Assembly (NCBI GenBank): GCA_022711495.1
Contig: JAKLEX010000001.1
Span: forward strand, 370,171-434,170
Source: Patescibacteria group bacterium
Lineage (GTDB): Bacteria; Patescibacteriota; Minisyncoccia; Phycocordibacterales; JAACPR01
Length of the DNA: 64,000 nt
Direction of reading: 5' to 3'
This document shows, piece by piece, positions 29,297 through 39,919 of the stretch. How positions within the stretch are numbered: position 1 is the stretch's first letter; each line of letters starts with the position of its first letter. The translations under genes were made by a program, and so were the position numbers. The notes beneath the pieces were generated by a model. The model had not been told where the DNA came from. It made no database searches and saw only the letters and a list, made by a program, of their open reading frames with translations.

Positions 29297-31447
29297 ATGA
29301 AAAAAGATAATTCGCTGAAAAAGTTTGATTCACCCTATAACCCACAGAGTACTGAACAAGAAATCTACAAAATGTGGGAAAAAAGCGGCTATTTTAACCC
29401 TGATAAGCTGCCTAGAAGTCATAAAGAGCCATATTGCATAATCATGCCTCCGCCTAACGCCAATGGGCGCTTACACGCCGGTCACGGCTTAGATATGACC
29501 TTGAAAGATATTGATATCCGCTTTCAGAGAATGAATGGCAAGAAAGTTCTATTCCTGCCTGGAGCGGATCACGCCGGCTTTGAAACCCAAATGGTTTTTG
29601 AGAAAAAGATCAGCAAAGAGGGTCGTTCAAGATTTCACATGTCAAATGAAGAGCTCTACAAAGAAATCTGGGACTTCACCATGGAAAATAAGAAGGTCAT
29701 GGAAGATGACATCCGCCGACTCGGAACTTCCTGTGATTGGTCTCGTAAAAAATTCACTTTGGATAAAGAGGCCGTCCAGACAGCACAAGATACTTTCATA
29801 AAAATGTATAACGATGGCCTGGTCTATCGTGGAGAAAGAATCGTTAATTGGAATCCAAAGTTTCAGACTTCCCTTTCCGATATTGAAACTGAATTTATTG
29901 AACAAACCGATCCCTTTTATTATTTCAAATACGGACCGTTTGTCATCGGAACCGTTCGTCCTGAAACTAAATTCGGCGATAAATATGTCGTCATGCATCC
30001 GGACGATAAACGCTACGCGCAATATAAACACGGACAAAAAATTGATTTGGAATGGATAAATGGACCAATAACCGCAACAATCATCAAAGATAAATCCATT
30101 GACATGGAATTCGGAACCGGCGTCATGACTATTACCCCTTGGCATTCTGGAGTTGATTTTGAAATCGCTGAAAGACACGGTTTGGATAAAGAGCAGATCA
30201 TTGATTGGGACGGTCGGCTTTTGCCAATTGCTGGTGAATTTGCCGGCATGAAGATTTTAGAAGCCAGGCCAAAAATAGTTGAAAAATTAAGACAAAAGGG
30301 TTTGCTTGAAAAGGTTGACGAAAAATACGTTCACGCCGTGGCCGTTTGCGAAAGAACTGGTGCGCCGATTGAGCCGCAAATTAAAAAACAGTGGTTCGTC
30401 AAAATGAAACCGCTAGCGGAAAAAGTCATTGAATCGGTTGAAAATAAAAACGAAATTAATATTTTGCCAGATTATCAGAAAAAGATTCTACTTCACTGGA
30501 TGCACAATACCCTTGATTGGAATATTTCACGTCAGATTGTTTGGGGCATTCCGATTCCGGCTTGGTTTAAAAATGGAGAAGCTGGCAATGGTGATGAAGT
30601 TCGAGTCGGACACAAATCACCCGGCAAAGGTTGGACTAAAGATCCGGACACTTTTGATACTTGGTTTTCATCTGGACAGTGGCCTCTTTTAACTCTGGGT
30701 TATCCAAAAAGTAGAGATTTAAAAACTTATTATCCGACAAGTTTAATGGAGACTGGAACTGATCTAGTCTTTAAATGGGTACCAAGAATGATTATGTTCG
30801 GTTTGTATTTGGCTGGTGAAATTCCTTTCAAAAACATTTACTTCCACGGCATGGTTAATGACGCCAAGAATCAAAAGATGAGCAAATCCAAAGGTAACGC
30901 CATCAGTCCAATTGAAATGATTGAGAAGTTCGGCACTGACGCCTTGCGAATGGCTCTGGTTATTGGAAATCCGCCGGGTGGCAGTGTTCCTCTTTCCGAA
31001 GCCAGAATCAAGGGTTACAAACACTTTGCCAATAAAGTTTGGAATATCGCGCGATTTGTTTTGAACAACATACAAGATTTGAAAACAAAATCGGCGCCAG
31101 AAATTGTGGCGAAGGACCAGAAATATCTTGAGGAAATTCGCGCCGTCATTAATGAGATTACCAAAAATTTTGGCGAGTTCCGCTACGATTTGGCGGCGGA
31201 TAAAATCTATCATTATATCTGGCACACTTTTGCCGATAGTATTTTGGAAGACAGTAAGAAATATTTGTCTGGTGAAGATGCTGTAGCAAAAAAATCAACG
31301 CAATGGATGCTGTACGATATTTTGGCAACTTCGCTAAAACTTCTCCATCCGTTTATGCCTTTTGTTACAGAAGAAATTTGGAAAGATATCCCCGAGGGCG
31401 CACTCAAAAAGAGCAAAATTTTGATGATTGAAAAGTGGCCGGAGTAA
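29297..31447 (+). CDS. valS: Valyl-tRNA synthetase (short form lacking the C-terminal coiled coil)
   Basis: PPPNANGRLHAGHG, GADHAGFETQMVFEKK and KMSKSKGN motifs. DTWFSSGQWPLLTLGYP matches the ValRS editing/catalytic junction. Confidence 0.9.
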   Translation: MKKDNSLKKFDSPYNPQSTEQEIYKMWEKSGYFNPDKLPRSHKEPYCIIMPPPNANGRLHAGHGLDMTLKDIDIRFQRMNGKKVLFLPGADHAGFETQMVFEKKISKEGRSRFHMSNEELYKEIWDFTMENKKVMEDDIRRLGTSCDWSRKKFTLDKEAVQTAQDTFIKMYNDGLVYRGERIVNWNPKFQTSLSDIETEFIEQTDPFYYFKYGPFVIGTVRPETKFGDKYVVMHPDDKRYAQYKHGQKIDLEWINGPITATIIKDKSIDMEFGTGVMTITPWHSGVDFEIAERHGLDKEQIIDWDGRLLPIAGEFAGMKILEARPKIVEKLRQKGLLEKVDEKYVHAVAVCERTGAPIEPQIKKQWFVKMKPLAEKVIESVENKNEINILPDYQKKILLHWMHNTLDWNISRQIVWGIPIPAWFKNGEAGNGDEVRVGHKSPGKGWTKDPDTFDTWFSSGQWPLLTLGYPKSRDLKTYYPTSLMETGTDLVFKWVPRMIMFGLYLAGEIPFKNIYFHGMVNDAKNQKMSKSKGNAISPIEMIEKFGTDALRMALVIGNPPGGSVPLSEARIKGYKHFANKVWNIARFVLNNIQDLKTKSAPEIVAKDQKYLEEIRAVINEITKNFGEFRYDLAADKIYHYIWHTFADSILEDSKKYLSGEDAVAKKSTQWMLYDILATSLKLLHPFMPFVTEEIWKDIPEGALKKSKILMIEKWPE

Positions 31448-31477
31448 CTTCGGTATTATAAATTTTCGCGTGACAAT

Positions 31478-32104
31478 TTAATCCATTGCCTCCGCTTCAA
31501 CTATCCACCTCTCTTCCCTAGCACCAAAGGTATTACAAGTTGAAATGGTTAATTTTTTAATATCGCTGTTAAATTTGATCAGCGCTTCATTCTCGTCAAC
31601 TAGACTGACTTTCGTGACTTTATAAAAATAATTGCTGCCGTTGGCAATCAGTTGGATTACATCACCTTCATCTAATTTATATAAATTATTAAAAACTTTG
31701 AGAGCAGAGCCCTGCGCGTTTAGATACAAATCAGCACTATGGCCAAAAATAAAGATATTGCCGTTTTCCACCGAACCGGAGCCAGGATAATGCACCGGGC
31801 CTTGGCTTAAATGAACATCAAGCTCCGCGACATTAAAAGTATCCGGCTGCTGAATTTTAGCGCCAATCCCCAATTTGCTGATAATAATTTCATCCGGACG
31901 AGTGTAAGTTCCAGTAAACCCGCCTTGAGAATAGTCAAACGGCTGACCGATTATTCCCGGAGCTTTATGAAAAAAATAATCGTATAAGCTTAAGCTTTTG
32001 GGCGCCAAGCCGGAGAGAGAAAAAACAACAAGAGAGACAACAAAGACAACGAGAAATATTTTTAGAAAAACCAGCTGTTTGTGATGGTTTGTGTTTTCTA
32101 TCAT
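31478..32104 (-). CDS. Sortase family transpeptidase
   Basis: N-terminal TM anchor. Conserved His (IFGHS), the catalytic Cys motif LTISTC and a downstream Arg (EERW). Confidence 0.7.
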   Translation of the reverse strand: MIENTNHHKQLVFLKIFLVVFVVSLVVFSLSGLAPKSLSLYDYFFHKAPGIIGQPFDYSQGGFTGTYTRPDEIIISKLGIGAKIQQPDTFNVAELDVHLSQGPVHYPGSGSVENGNIFIFGHSADLYLNAQGSALKVFNNLYKLDEGDVIQLIANGSNYFYKVTKVSLVDENEALIKFNSDIKKLTISTCNTFGAREERWIVEAEAMD

Positions 32105-32193
32105 GTTATTGTCGTTTATTATACACGAAGGATAAACGGCGTAATAGATTTGAACTCGACAGATTAAATTTTAGACGTTATTATAAACCAACC

Positions 32194-32277
32194 GCGCAGA
32201 TGGCAGAGTGGTCAATTGCATCAGACTGTAAATCTGACGCCCTAAGGGCTCCGGGGGTTCAAATCCCTCTCTGCGCA
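32194..32277 (+). tRNA. tRNA-Tyr (anticodon GTA), type II with long variable arm
   Basis: Folded by eye. Acceptor GCGCAGA/TCTGCGC, D arm GCAGAGTGG, anticodon stem TCAGA/TCTGA with loop CTGTAAA, T arm GGGGGTTCAAATCCCTC. No encoded CCA. Confidence 0.85.
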
Positions 32278-32300
32278 CAAGAACATACTCGGCTTGTAGC

Positions 32301-35006
32301 CTAAACGGTTAAGGTTTCCTTTTCAGTCTTTTTCTCAGAGAAATTCAGAATTTTCTTTCCTCTCTTAACATCAAAGGAAAAATCTTTATCTTTAATCACC
32401 ACGGTTACCGCATCTCCTTCAACGAGTTCCCTTTTAATAATTAACTGTGCTAGCGGATTTAGAATCTTGTCTTGAATTAAGCGACGCAATGGTCGAGCTC
32501 CATAATGCGGATCATATCCGTCTTTAGCCAAAAGCGTCAAAGTTTCTACGGAAACTTTTAGAGAAATTCCCTTGTCCTCCAGACGCCCCTTAACCTCGTC
32601 AATCTGAATCTGCGCGATCTTCTTGATTGATTCCTCGCTCAAAATATCAAAGATAATAATGTCGTCCAGACGATTCAAAAATTCCGGGCGGAAATGTTCT
32701 TTCAGGGCCTTCTGAACATTTTGCTTGGCATCGGCATATTGATCGCTATTGCTTTGTCCGGAAGAAAAGCCGATTTTTTCCATCTTATCAATATATTCGG
32801 CACCAATATTTGAAGTCAGAATAATCACGCTATTTTTGAAATTGACAGTTCGTCCCTTTGTATCGGTTAGACGACCGTTGTCCAAAACTTGCAATAAAAT
32901 ATTAAAGACTTCAGGATGAGCCTTTTCAATTTCATCAAATAGAATTACAGAATAAGGGCGGTGACGAACGGTTTCAGTCAAGGATCCAGATTCGTCGTAG
33001 CCGACATAGCCCGGAGGCGCGCCGATTAATTTAGAAACCGAATGTTTTTCCATGTATTCGGACATGTCAACACGGACCAACGCTTTTTCATCATTAAACA
33101 TAAATTCAGCCAAAGCCTTTGTAAGTTCGGTTTTTCCGACTCCGGTTGGGCCGAGAAAAATAAACGAACCGATCGGACGATTAGGATCAGCCACACCGGC
33201 ACGCGAACGACGAATCGTATCAGCGATTTTCCGCACAGCGGAATCCTGCCCGATAATTCTTTTCTGAATCTCATCTTCCATACGTGCCAATTTGGCCATT
33301 TCTTCTTCCAGCATCTTAGAAACCGGAATTCCGGTCCACTGTGAAACCACCGCGGCAATATCCTCTGCGGTAATTTCTTCTTTCAAAATTTGGCGCGAAC
33401 CCTGCAATTGGCGGAGTTTCTTTTCTTGAGATTTCAAATCTTTCTCCAGTTGCGGAATCAGGCCATAACGAATTTCCGCCGCTTTGGCCAGATCAGCGAT
33501 CGCTTCGGCCGATTCGGCATTTAACCGAGCAACTTCAAGTTTTGATTTAAATTCTTTAATGGCCGTAATAGCTTCCTTTTCGTTTTTCCACTTCAATTCA
33601 AGTTCTTTTATACCTTCTTTTAAATTGGCAACATCTTTCTCAATCTCTTTCAATCGGTCGCCGGTTTTCTTGGATTTTTTTGATTCCGTTTTAAGGGCTT
33701 CCCTTTCAATCTCTAGACGAGTAATTTTTCGCCGCGTACTTTCAAGTTCCGGCGGCATATTTTCTAAAGAAATTTTGAGAGTTGAGGAAGCTTCATCAAC
33801 CAAATCCACCGCTTTGTCCGGCAAGAAACGATCACTGATGTAACGACTAGACAATTCAACAGCCGCCACAATCGCCTCATCAGAGATTCGAACTCCGTGA
33901 TAAAGTTCGTACTTTTCCTTAAGGCCGCGCATAATGGAAATGGCATCTTCAATGGAAGGTTCAGAAACTAAAACCGGTTGGAAACGACGAGTCAGTGCCG
34001 CGTCTTTTTCAATATGCTTTTGATACTCTTTAAGAGTTGTTGCGCCGATAGCCTTTAGTTCTCCGCGAGCTAGAGCTGGTTTAAGCATGTTAGAGGCATC
34101 CAGAGAACCTTCAGAGGCTCCGGCTCCGGCTAGAGTGTGAATTTCATCAATAAACAAAATTATTCGGCCTTCTGATTGAACCGCTTCTTTGATGATTTTT
34201 TTCAATCGGTCCTCAAATTCGCCCCGGTATTTTGTTCCGGCCACCAACGCGCCCAAATCAAGCGAGACGAGTTCCTTGTCTTTTAACGACTCCGGCACAT
34301 CACCTTGAGCAATGCGACTGGCCAAGCCCTCAACAATAGCAGTTTTACCAACACCGGCTTCACCGATCAGAATTGGATTATTTTTAGTTCGACGCGACAG
34401 AATCTGAATCACCCGATTTATTTCTGTGTCCCGGCCAATTACCGGATCAAGTTTATTTTGAGCCGCTCGTTCCGTCAAACTTTGCGCGAATTTTCGTATG
34501 GCCTTAAGCGGTTTTGGACCTTTGGCTGAATCTTCTTTGCTGTTTCGCAATTCGTTTAAAATTTTTATGACTTCGCTTTTTTCAATTTTGAAAGTTTGTA
34601 AGATTTCTTTGGCATCGCTCCGAATTTCAAAAATAGCCAAAAATAGATGTTCAGTTGAAACAAAATTATCTCCGAGCGCGCCGGCAATTTTTATAGACTG
34701 TTCAATGACTTGGGCCAGTTCTTGAGATAAGAACATCTGGAACGATGGCGAAAGGGTTTCGCGCGATTCCGGCGACTCCAAAGATTCAAGTACTGTGTCG
34801 GTCATCAAAATAGAATCCACTCCGATTCTATCCAGAATTGAAACGACCATACTTTCATCCTGCATAATTAGCGCCGCCAATAGATGAATCGGATTAACGT
34901 GATTTTGACCGCGCTCAACCGCCAGTTCGTGGGCTGATTTTATGGCTTCGCGGGCCTTTAGTGTAAATTTGTTAAATGAAGGCATCATAGATACTATTCT
35001 ATACAA
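32301..35006 (-). CDS. clpB: ATP-dependent chaperone ClpB (two AAA+ modules with long coiled-coil M domain)
   Basis: Clp_N repeats, Walker A GEAGVGKT and GPTGVGKT, a long middle coiled coil and the ClpB C-terminal domain. Length 901 aa. Confidence 0.9.
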   Translation of the reverse strand: MYRIVSMMPSFNKFTLKAREAIKSAHELAVERGQNHVNPIHLLAALIMQDESMVVSILDRIGVDSILMTDTVLESLESPESRETLSPSFQMFLSQELAQVIEQSIKIAGALGDNFVSTEHLFLAIFEIRSDAKEILQTFKIEKSEVIKILNELRNSKEDSAKGPKPLKAIRKFAQSLTERAAQNKLDPVIGRDTEINRVIQILSRRTKNNPILIGEAGVGKTAIVEGLASRIAQGDVPESLKDKELVSLDLGALVAGTKYRGEFEDRLKKIIKEAVQSEGRIILFIDEIHTLAGAGASEGSLDASNMLKPALARGELKAIGATTLKEYQKHIEKDAALTRRFQPVLVSEPSIEDAISIMRGLKEKYELYHGVRISDEAIVAAVELSSRYISDRFLPDKAVDLVDEASSTLKISLENMPPELESTRRKITRLEIEREALKTESKKSKKTGDRLKEIEKDVANLKEGIKELELKWKNEKEAITAIKEFKSKLEVARLNAESAEAIADLAKAAEIRYGLIPQLEKDLKSQEKKLRQLQGSRQILKEEITAEDIAAVVSQWTGIPVSKMLEEEMAKLARMEDEIQKRIIGQDSAVRKIADTIRRSRAGVADPNRPIGSFIFLGPTGVGKTELTKALAEFMFNDEKALVRVDMSEYMEKHSVSKLIGAPPGYVGYDESGSLTETVRHRPYSVILFDEIEKAHPEVFNILLQVLDNGRLTDTKGRTVNFKNSVIILTSNIGAEYIDKMEKIGFSSGQSNSDQYADAKQNVQKALKEHFRPEFLNRLDDIIIFDILSEESIKKIAQIQIDEVKGRLEDKGISLKVSVETLTLLAKDGYDPHYGARPLRRLIQDKILNPLAQLIIKRELVEGDAVTVVIKDKDFSFDVKRGKKILNFSEKKTEKETLTV

Positions 35007-35056
35007 TAATTAACCCAACTTGTAAATACGGGAAATCTGACTTTTTTCAATAACTC

Positions 35057-35905
35057 TCATTCGGTCTCCCCGGAGTTTTCAGCCAAGCCGGAACTTATAA
35101 AAGATTTTATATCAGCGGATGGCAAGAAAGCACCGGATTTTACTAGGCCTGTATTTATGCGCGCACCGAGAATTTCCCCTTTTAAATTAAGCAAGACGCT
35201 GCCAGTCAATATCTCCGGGCCGGTTACGGAAGTATTTATGGTTTTTATCAGCGTTGATGGCTGTGAATTAGGATCGGCCGGATCAGCCGGAATTTCGGCT
35301 TTATCAAGAGAAGTGATGATTCCCGTTAAAACATAGTTGCTGCTCTGGCCGGACAGTGCAATAACTGATTGCCCAAGCTTGACGCCCTGAGAATCACCGA
35401 ACGCGGCTGGCACAAAGGTCTCGGTATTTTCTCCCTTGATTTTCAAGACGGCAAAGGGATTATTTGATTCGCGGAAGAATAATTCCAAATCTTTTTCTCC
35501 AGTTGAATAAACCCCAACATAAGTGGCGCCTTTGAATAGACCAGCGGCATCAGCCAAGATATCTCCCCCGCCGGAAATAACGATACCCATAGATACGAAA
35601 GCCTTATTGCCGCCAGACTTCGTATAAATACGAACAAGACTGTCAGAATTTTTCTGAACCGCGTCTATGGTCAAATCTTCGGCGTTAACCACGACCGTTT
35701 CCACGATTTTCTCAACCGGTTTGTCGCCATCATCAGTTTCAATCACCCTCTCCACGGTTTTCTCCACGACGCGATTAATCGTTTGAGTAATAGGCTCCGG
35801 CGCTTTCTCCAATAAAGACACTGTTGTAATGCCTGTTGCGATTGACGTAACAAAGCTTACCAACAAAGTTAACAATACGATTTGTTGCGCGTTTAAATCA
35901 TCCAT
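35057..35905 (-). CDS. Trypsin/HtrA-like fold protein lacking the catalytic triad (probable pseudoprotease), membrane-anchored
   Basis: N-terminal TM helix. The S1C-like scaffold is recognisable (…AVLKIKGEN…, …GSVLLNLKGEILGARI), but the positions of His (TNNHV), Asp (DLAVLK) and Ser (GNSGGP) are all substituted. Confidence 0.5.
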   Translation of the reverse strand: MDDLNAQQIVLLTLLVSFVTSIATGITTVSLLEKAPEPITQTINRVVEKTVERVIETDDGDKPVEKIVETVVVNAEDLTIDAVQKNSDSLVRIYTKSGGNKAFVSMGIVISGGGDILADAAGLFKGATYVGVYSTGEKDLELFFRESNNPFAVLKIKGENTETFVPAAFGDSQGVKLGQSVIALSGQSSNYVLTGIITSLDKAEIPADPADPNSQPSTLIKTINTSVTGPEILTGSVLLNLKGEILGARINTGLVKSGAFLPSADIKSFISSGLAENSGETE

Positions 35906-35959
35906 GATTAAGAGATTATAGCTTATTCAGGCAAAAAATAAAATCTTGACTAAACGGTA

Positions 35960-37150
35960 TCATCTGGCGATTTTTGAGATAAGCCCGACGACCCTGGTTA
36001 TCTCTCGTTTTGTCGTTACTCGACCCAACGTAAAGCGCAGAGACGATTTCTCGCAACCATTATTTAAAGCGGCAACCACATAAGAACCTCCCGCATCTGA
36101 CAGATTTTTGCAGGCCGTGGTTGCGGCACAAGCAACTCCAAGAGCGTCCAATTGGATCACGGCGAACTCGGCGTTCAGGCCCGGCAAACAGATGTTGATA
36201 TTATTGGGGGTTCGCTTTTCAAAACTTCCGTTTAATTTGGCTTGCGGAACTTTTTCCTGCAAAAGTCTAAGAAAATACTTTTGCAAACTCGCCAGTCGCA
36301 CCGCTTCTTTTCCTCTAATTCGTTGAGCGATCTCCAGCGCCGTCGCGAATCCCACGATTAAAGGAACGTTCTCGGTCGCCGGTCTTAATTTAAATTCATG
36401 GCTTCCGCCGTATAAAATAGATTGTATCGGGACATAGCTTTTTACCATTAAACAGCCAACGCCTTTCGGTCCGTAGATTTTTGAACCATCAAGAGTTAGC
36501 AAATCCACATTCAATTGATCGGCGTTTATTTCCAAATAATTCGGTGCCTGACTGGCATCCGTATGCAGATAAGGATAAGAATCTTTGTCGCGGCCTTGTT
36601 TCTTCTTATACTCATCAATCACCACGCCAATTTGTCTGATTGGGAAAATCGTGCCGATTTCATTGTTAATCAGCATCACCGAAATCAAAATTGTCTCCGG
36701 TCGCAGAGCTTTTTCAACATCAGAGTCTTTGATCAAACCTTCTTTTGAAACTGGCAAATAAGTAACGTCAAAACCTTCTTTTTCCAAACGTTTAAAAGAT
36801 TCTAGAACAGCAACATGTTCTATGTTGGTAGTAATAACGTGCGGTCGGAAATTTTTATCCTCCTTTCGCAAATTTTGAGCGATTTCCCTGGCCGAGCCGA
36901 TAATCGCCAAGTTATCACTTTCCGTGCCGCTACCAGTGAAGATTACTTCGGCCGGTTTAACCTGAAGAATTTGAGAGGCTTTTTTTCTGGCCAGATTTAC
37001 CGCTTTCCGCGCCAAAACACCCTCAGTATAGAGAGCCGACGGATTATGAAAAGCCGAGGCAAAAAATGGCTTCATGGCCCTAACCACCCGGCGATCAGTC
37101 GGCGTGGTTGAAGCATAATCCATAAATATCCTTTGGGTTTTTCCGAACAT
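35960..37150 (-). CDS. iscS: Cysteine desulfurase (class V aminotransferase, IscS/NifS family)
   Basis: MDYASTTP N-terminus, the PLP-lysine region (…DGSKIYGPKGVG) and a Cys-containing loop near the C-terminus. Confidence 0.85.
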   Translation of the reverse strand: MFGKTQRIFMDYASTTPTDRRVVRAMKPFFASAFHNPSALYTEGVLARKAVNLARKKASQILQVKPAEVIFTGSGTESDNLAIIGSAREIAQNLRKEDKNFRPHVITTNIEHVAVLESFKRLEKEGFDVTYLPVSKEGLIKDSDVEKALRPETILISVMLINNEIGTIFPIRQIGVVIDEYKKKQGRDKDSYPYLHTDASQAPNYLEINADQLNVDLLTLDGSKIYGPKGVGCLMVKSYVPIQSILYGGSHEFKLRPATENVPLIVGFATALEIAQRIRGKEAVRLASLQKYFLRLLQEKVPQAKLNGSFEKRTPNNINICLPGLNAEFAVIQLDALGVACAATTACKNLSDAGGSYVVAALNNGCEKSSLRFTLGRVTTKREITRVVGLISKIAR

Positions 37151-37172
37151 GGTTATATAATGTTAAATCACA

Positions 37173-37655
37173 ATGGTGAACTTTTTCAAATTGGAAATAA
37201 TCGTATATATAATATCGGTCTTATCCATAGTCTGTCTAATTTTAATCGCCTGGAATATTCGGCTGGAAATAAAAAATCGCCGACTTCTACGAGGTAAAAA
37301 CGCCAAATCGCTAGAAGACACGATAATGACTATTCAAAAAGATTTGGATAAATTCGCGGTCTTTAGAAAAGAAATAGAGGCTTATCTGACAAATATAGAA
37401 AAGCGGCTAGGAACCTGCATACGTGGAGTACAAAATATTTCTTTTAATGCTTTTCAAGGGCTGGATTCTGGCGGCCGAAGTTTCGCCTCGGCTTTTTTGG
37501 ATGAGAAAGGTGACGGAGTAATTATCTCTAGTCTACACGCCCGAGAAAGAGTTAGTATCTTTGCCAAGCAGATCAAACGATATAAATCGGAAGTGGAATT
37601 GTCAGAAGAAGAGAAAATGGCTTTGACAAAAGCAAGAGAATCATGCAGTGTTTAG
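37173..37655 (+). CDS. Hypothetical membrane-anchored protein (DUF4446-like, tentative)
   Basis: Single N-terminal TM helix followed by a ~120-aa soluble domain. The family assignment comes from memory of the pattern only. Confidence 0.35.
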   Translation: MVNFFKLEIIVYIISVLSIVCLILIAWNIRLEIKNRRLLRGKNAKSLEDTIMTIQKDLDKFAVFRKEIEAYLTNIEKRLGTCIRGVQNISFNAFQGLDSGGRSFASAFLDEKGDGVIISSLHARERVSIFAKQIKRYKSEVELSEEEKMALTKARESCSV

Positions 37656-37685
37656 TAAACAACGCGCTGGCGCTTAATTTGACCC

Positions 37686-39200
37686 ATGGAAACGAAATCA
37701 GAACAAAACTTGATAGAAAGACCTCCTGTCGTTGTCATAATGGGCCATATTGATCATGGCAAATCTACCCTATTAGACTTCATTAGAAAATCAAACATCG
37801 TAGCCAAAGAAGCTGGCGGAATCACTCAACATCTCGGCGCTTACGAAATTGAACACAAAAATTCCGACGGTGCTATTAAAAAAATCACCTTTCTGGACAC
37901 GCCCGGACACGCGGCTTTTGTCGGCGTTAGAAGTCGCGGAGCGAAAGTGGCGGATATCGCCGTTTTAATCGTTTCGGCCGAGGACGGTGTGATGCCCCAA
38001 ACATTAGAAGCTCTGGAATGTATCAAAAAAGACAATGTTCCCTATATCATTGCCATTAATAAAATCGATTCGCCAAGAGCAAGTGTAGATAAAGTCAAAA
38101 GTGATCTGATTGAAAACAACATCTATATTGAGGGCTATGGCGGAGACATTCCAGCAGTTGAAATTTCTGCCAAAACCGGAAAAAACGTTGATTATTTGCT
38201 TGATTTGATTTTGGTCGCCTCAGAAGTCGCCGGATTAAGGGCCGATCCAAAGATTGGTGCCGAGGGATTCGTCATTGAGGCGCATAAGGACAAAAACAAG
38301 GGTATTTCGGCAACTTTAGTCATCAAGAGCGGTACCTTAAATCAAGGCCAATTTATCGCTTGTCAGGAAACTTATTCTCCTGTCAGAATTTTTGAAGACC
38401 ATAACGGCAAAGCCCTGAAAACAGCAACGTTTTCCCAACCAATCAAAATCAGCGGTTGGAATGCTTTTCCGATGGTCGGAGAGATATTCAAAACTTTCAA
38501 GGACAAAAAGAGTGCTGAAAAATATTGCGAAGAAATAACGGAAAAAAATGCCGAAAAAATTAAAACCGTTGCGGTGGCAAAAACAGAAGAAGACATCTTC
38601 ACTATCCCGATTATCATCAAGGCCGACACCCACGGCTCTATTGAAGCCGTTGAGTTTGAGCTTAAAAAAATAGTCACTAAAAATTCGCGGATTGAAATTG
38701 TCTCTACCGGCACGGGTAATATAACTGAAAAGGACATTAAGGTCGCCAGCGGAAATGAAAATTCTATCGTTTTAGGATTTGGTATTGATATGGACACTCA
38801 AGCGGAAATCATGAGTCGCCGGCTTAATACTTCAGTGCAAACTTTCAAGGTAATTTACGATTTAATTGATTGGATTGAAAAAGAAATAGAAAATAAGAGA
38901 CCAAGAATTGAAGTTGATGAGGTTACCGGCAAAGCTAAGATTTTAAAAAAGTTCAACGAGAGTAAAAGTAATCAGGTACTAGGTGGACGCGTTTTACAAG
39001 GCCGAATGAAAATAAGCAATAATGTAAAAATACTTCGCCGCGGAGAAGAAATCGGCCGAGGAAAAATCAAGGAGCTGCAAAACCAAAAGGCCAAGGTTTC
39101 CGAGGTAGCTGAAGGATCAGAATTCGGTCTTTGTATTGAATCAAGAATTGAAATCGTTCCGGGCGATGAAATAGAGATTTTTGAAAAAGTTGAGAAGTAA
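37686..39200 (+). CDS. infB: Translation initiation factor IF-2 (compact form without long N-terminal domains)
   Basis: G domain begins almost at the N-terminus (VVVIMGHIDHGKSTLLD, DTPGHAAF, NKID). Followed by the beta-barrel domains. Confidence 0.9.
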   Translation: METKSEQNLIERPPVVVIMGHIDHGKSTLLDFIRKSNIVAKEAGGITQHLGAYEIEHKNSDGAIKKITFLDTPGHAAFVGVRSRGAKVADIAVLIVSAEDGVMPQTLEALECIKKDNVPYIIAINKIDSPRASVDKVKSDLIENNIYIEGYGGDIPAVEISAKTGKNVDYLLDLILVASEVAGLRADPKIGAEGFVIEAHKDKNKGISATLVIKSGTLNQGQFIACQETYSPVRIFEDHNGKALKTATFSQPIKISGWNAFPMVGEIFKTFKDKKSAEKYCEEITEKNAEKIKTVAVAKTEEDIFTIPIIIKADTHGSIEAVEFELKKIVTKNSRIEIVSTGTGNITEKDIKVASGNENSIVLGFGIDMDTQAEIMSRRLNTSVQTFKVIYDLIDWIEKEIENKRPRIEVDEVTGKAKILKKFNESKSNQVLGGRVLQGRMKISNNVKILRRGEEIGRGKIKELQNQKAKVSEVAEGSEFGLCIESRIEIVPGDEIEIFEKVEK

Positions 39201-39202
39201 AA

Positions 39203-39535
39203 ATGGTTGAGCATCCTTACAGAAAAGAAAAGATCTTAGAAATTATCAGCCGAGCAGCGGCGGAATTTATTGAAAAAGAATCAAATCGAAAATCTTTGAT
39301 CACCGTCACAAAAGTGGAGCTCTCTACTGACTTCCAAAAAGCTATAATTTTTGTTACAGTTTTCCCAGACCAGGATGAAGAAGCGGCGGTGAATTTCTTA
39401 AAAAGAAATCTGAACGAGTTCCGGGATTTCATCAAGGAAAAGACCCGTCTTCAACAAGTTCCCTGGTTTGATTTTGAGATAGATAAAGGAGAGAAAAAAC
39501 GTCAGAGAATTGAAGAGATTTCTACGGAAATCTGA
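39203..39535 (+). CDS. rbfA: Ribosome-binding factor A
   Basis: KH-like RbfA pattern (…ITVTKVELSTDFQKAIIFVTV…). Sits directly after infB. Ends in a TGA stop. Confidence 0.85.
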   Translation: MVEHPYRKEKILEIISRAAAEFIEKESNRKSLITVTKVELSTDFQKAIIFVTVFPDQDEEAAVNFLKRNLNEFRDFIKEKTRLQQVPWFDFEIDKGEKKRQRIEEISTEI

Positions 39536-39538
39536 GAT

Positions 39539-39610
39539 GGCGTGGTGGCGAAGTGGAAACGCTGCGGTCTGCAAAACCGCCATGCGCGGGTTCGATTCCC
39601 GCCCACGCCT
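39539..39610 (+). tRNA. tRNA-Cys (anticodon GCA)
   Basis: Acceptor GGCGTGG/CCACGCC, anticodon loop CTGCAAA, T arm GCGGGTTCGATTCCCGC. Begins 3 nt after the rbfA stop. Confidence 0.8.
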
Positions 39611-39661
39611 CAATAATGTTTAAACTCCCGCGCGGGAGCCGGAACATTAGAAAAAAAATAA

Positions 39662-39743
39662 GCTCGGGTGGCGGAATTGGTATACGCGCACGACTTAAAA
39701 TCGTGTCTCGCAAGGGATGCGGGTTCGACCCCCGCCCCGAGCA
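39662..39743 (+). tRNA. tRNA-Leu (anticodon TAA), type II
   Basis: Acceptor GCTCGGG/CCCGAGC, anticodon stem CACGA/TCGTG with loop CTTAAAA, long variable arm, T arm GCGGGTTCGACCCCCGC. Confidence 0.8.
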
Positions 39744-39781
39744 CAATAAAGACGAAATTATTGAGCCGTTTTTATTGAAAC

Positions 39782-39854
39782 CCGCCCATAGCTCAGTTGG
39801 TAGAGCAGTCGCCTCTTAAGCGATTGGTCGTAGGTTCGAGTCCTACTGGGCGGA
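39782..39854 (+). tRNA. tRNA-Lys (anticodon CTT)
   Basis: D arm TAGCTCAGTTGGTAGAGC, anticodon loop CTCTTAA, T arm GTAGGTTCGAGTCCTAC. Acceptor CCGCCCA/TGGGCGG gives a C1-G72 pair, so the 5' end may be off by one. Confidence 0.7.
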
Positions 39855-39919
39855 CAAAGAAAATAATGATAGGTCAGATGCGTTAACACACGGCAAGTTT
39901 ATCTCCGTCGGTTAGCCAG

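Noticed and set aside
32105-32193. Possible promoter hexamers upstream of tRNA-Tyr
   Set aside because: TTAGAC/TATAAA-like hexamers are present, but spacing is non-canonical. I could not support a confident call by eye.
39398-39819. ORFs 39398..39613, 39522..39746 and 39553..39819
   Set aside because: They overlap the tRNA-Cys, tRNA-Leu and tRNA-Lys genes. Their conserved-looking sequence is tRNA structure, not coding.
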